A stretch of 64,000 bases of DNA. Source: Dictyostelium discoideum. Its lineage: Eukaryota. The notes beneath the pieces are model-generated. The model had not been told where the DNA came from. It saw only the letters and a list, made by a program, of their open reading frames with translations, and did not search any database. Positions within the stretch are counted from its first letter, which is position 1. Each line of letters starts with the position of its first letter. The stretch lies in NCBI GenBank assembly GCA_000004695.1, contig CM000151.3, positions 4,960,001 through 5,024,000 of the forward strand, read 5' to 3'. Both the position numbers and the translations under genes were made by a program. Below, one piece after another: positions 63,602 to 64,000 of the stretch.

Positions 63602-64000
63602 AAACAACAAAAAGGTCACTTGTAAAATGAGGGGGTGATTTAATCATTATATTAATAAAAAAAAAATTCCATACCGTCGCATGAAAAAAAATGATATATA
63701 TATATACACTCCAAAAACAAATCATCAAATACACACCCACATATAACATTTTTTTTTTTTTTTTTTTTTTAAAAACAGTTGAACTGAAACACACAAACCA
63801 GTGTTAACACACGCACACAACAAATTTATAAATACACTCACACACCAACTGACAAATAAATATCAAATTTTAAAAATAGTTCTTTTTTTTCCTTACTTTT
63901 GAATATATGAATTTTTTTTTTAATTTTTTTTTTTAATTTTTTTTTTTTTTAATAAAATAACAATTTATCTGTTTATTATTTACCTCTTTTATTCTTTTTT

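Overview
This window is an AT-rich (~75-80% A+T) eukaryotic nuclear region with all the hallmarks of Dictyostelium discoideum: short AT-rich introns with GTAAGT/GTATGT donors, poly-Asn/(AAT)n coding microsatellites, tRNA genes with downstream ex-B boxes, a 13-nt tRNA-Trp intron, and tRNA-targeted retroelements. I support about 25 protein-coding genes, most of them spliced by hand from the ORF track. The conserved ones are: an Ariadne RBR E3 ligase, a cytochrome-b5-domain protein, an ankyrin-DHHC palmitoyltransferase, a NEK kinase, a PLAC8 protein, a phospholipase-B-like protein, SRP19, a condensin CAP-G-like HEAT protein, a homeobox protein, a large EGF/TM surface protein, and a tandem triplicated family of small secreted Cys-rich DPBB/expansin-like proteins. 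There are four tRNA genes: Met-CAU, Phe-GAA, Lys-UUU, and an intron-containing Trp-CCA. There are three retroelement loci: (i) a tRNA-Met flanked 14 bp upstream by a complete, young Ty3/gypsy-type LTR element (DGLT-A-like, 5.0 kb, intact 1383-aa Gag-Pol) and ~25-35 bp downstream by a 5.1-kb TRE3-like non-LTR element with a 14-bp target-site duplication (TSD); (ii) a palindromic pair of TRE ORF1 fragments just downstream of tRNA-Phe; (iii) nested poly(A)-terminated retroelement tails ~48 bp upstream of tRNA-Trp. The most notable observations are the compound tRNA-targeted insertion hotspot, a conserved bipartite ORF1 in the non-LTR element, the palindromic ORF1 structure, and the triplicated secreted-protein family.
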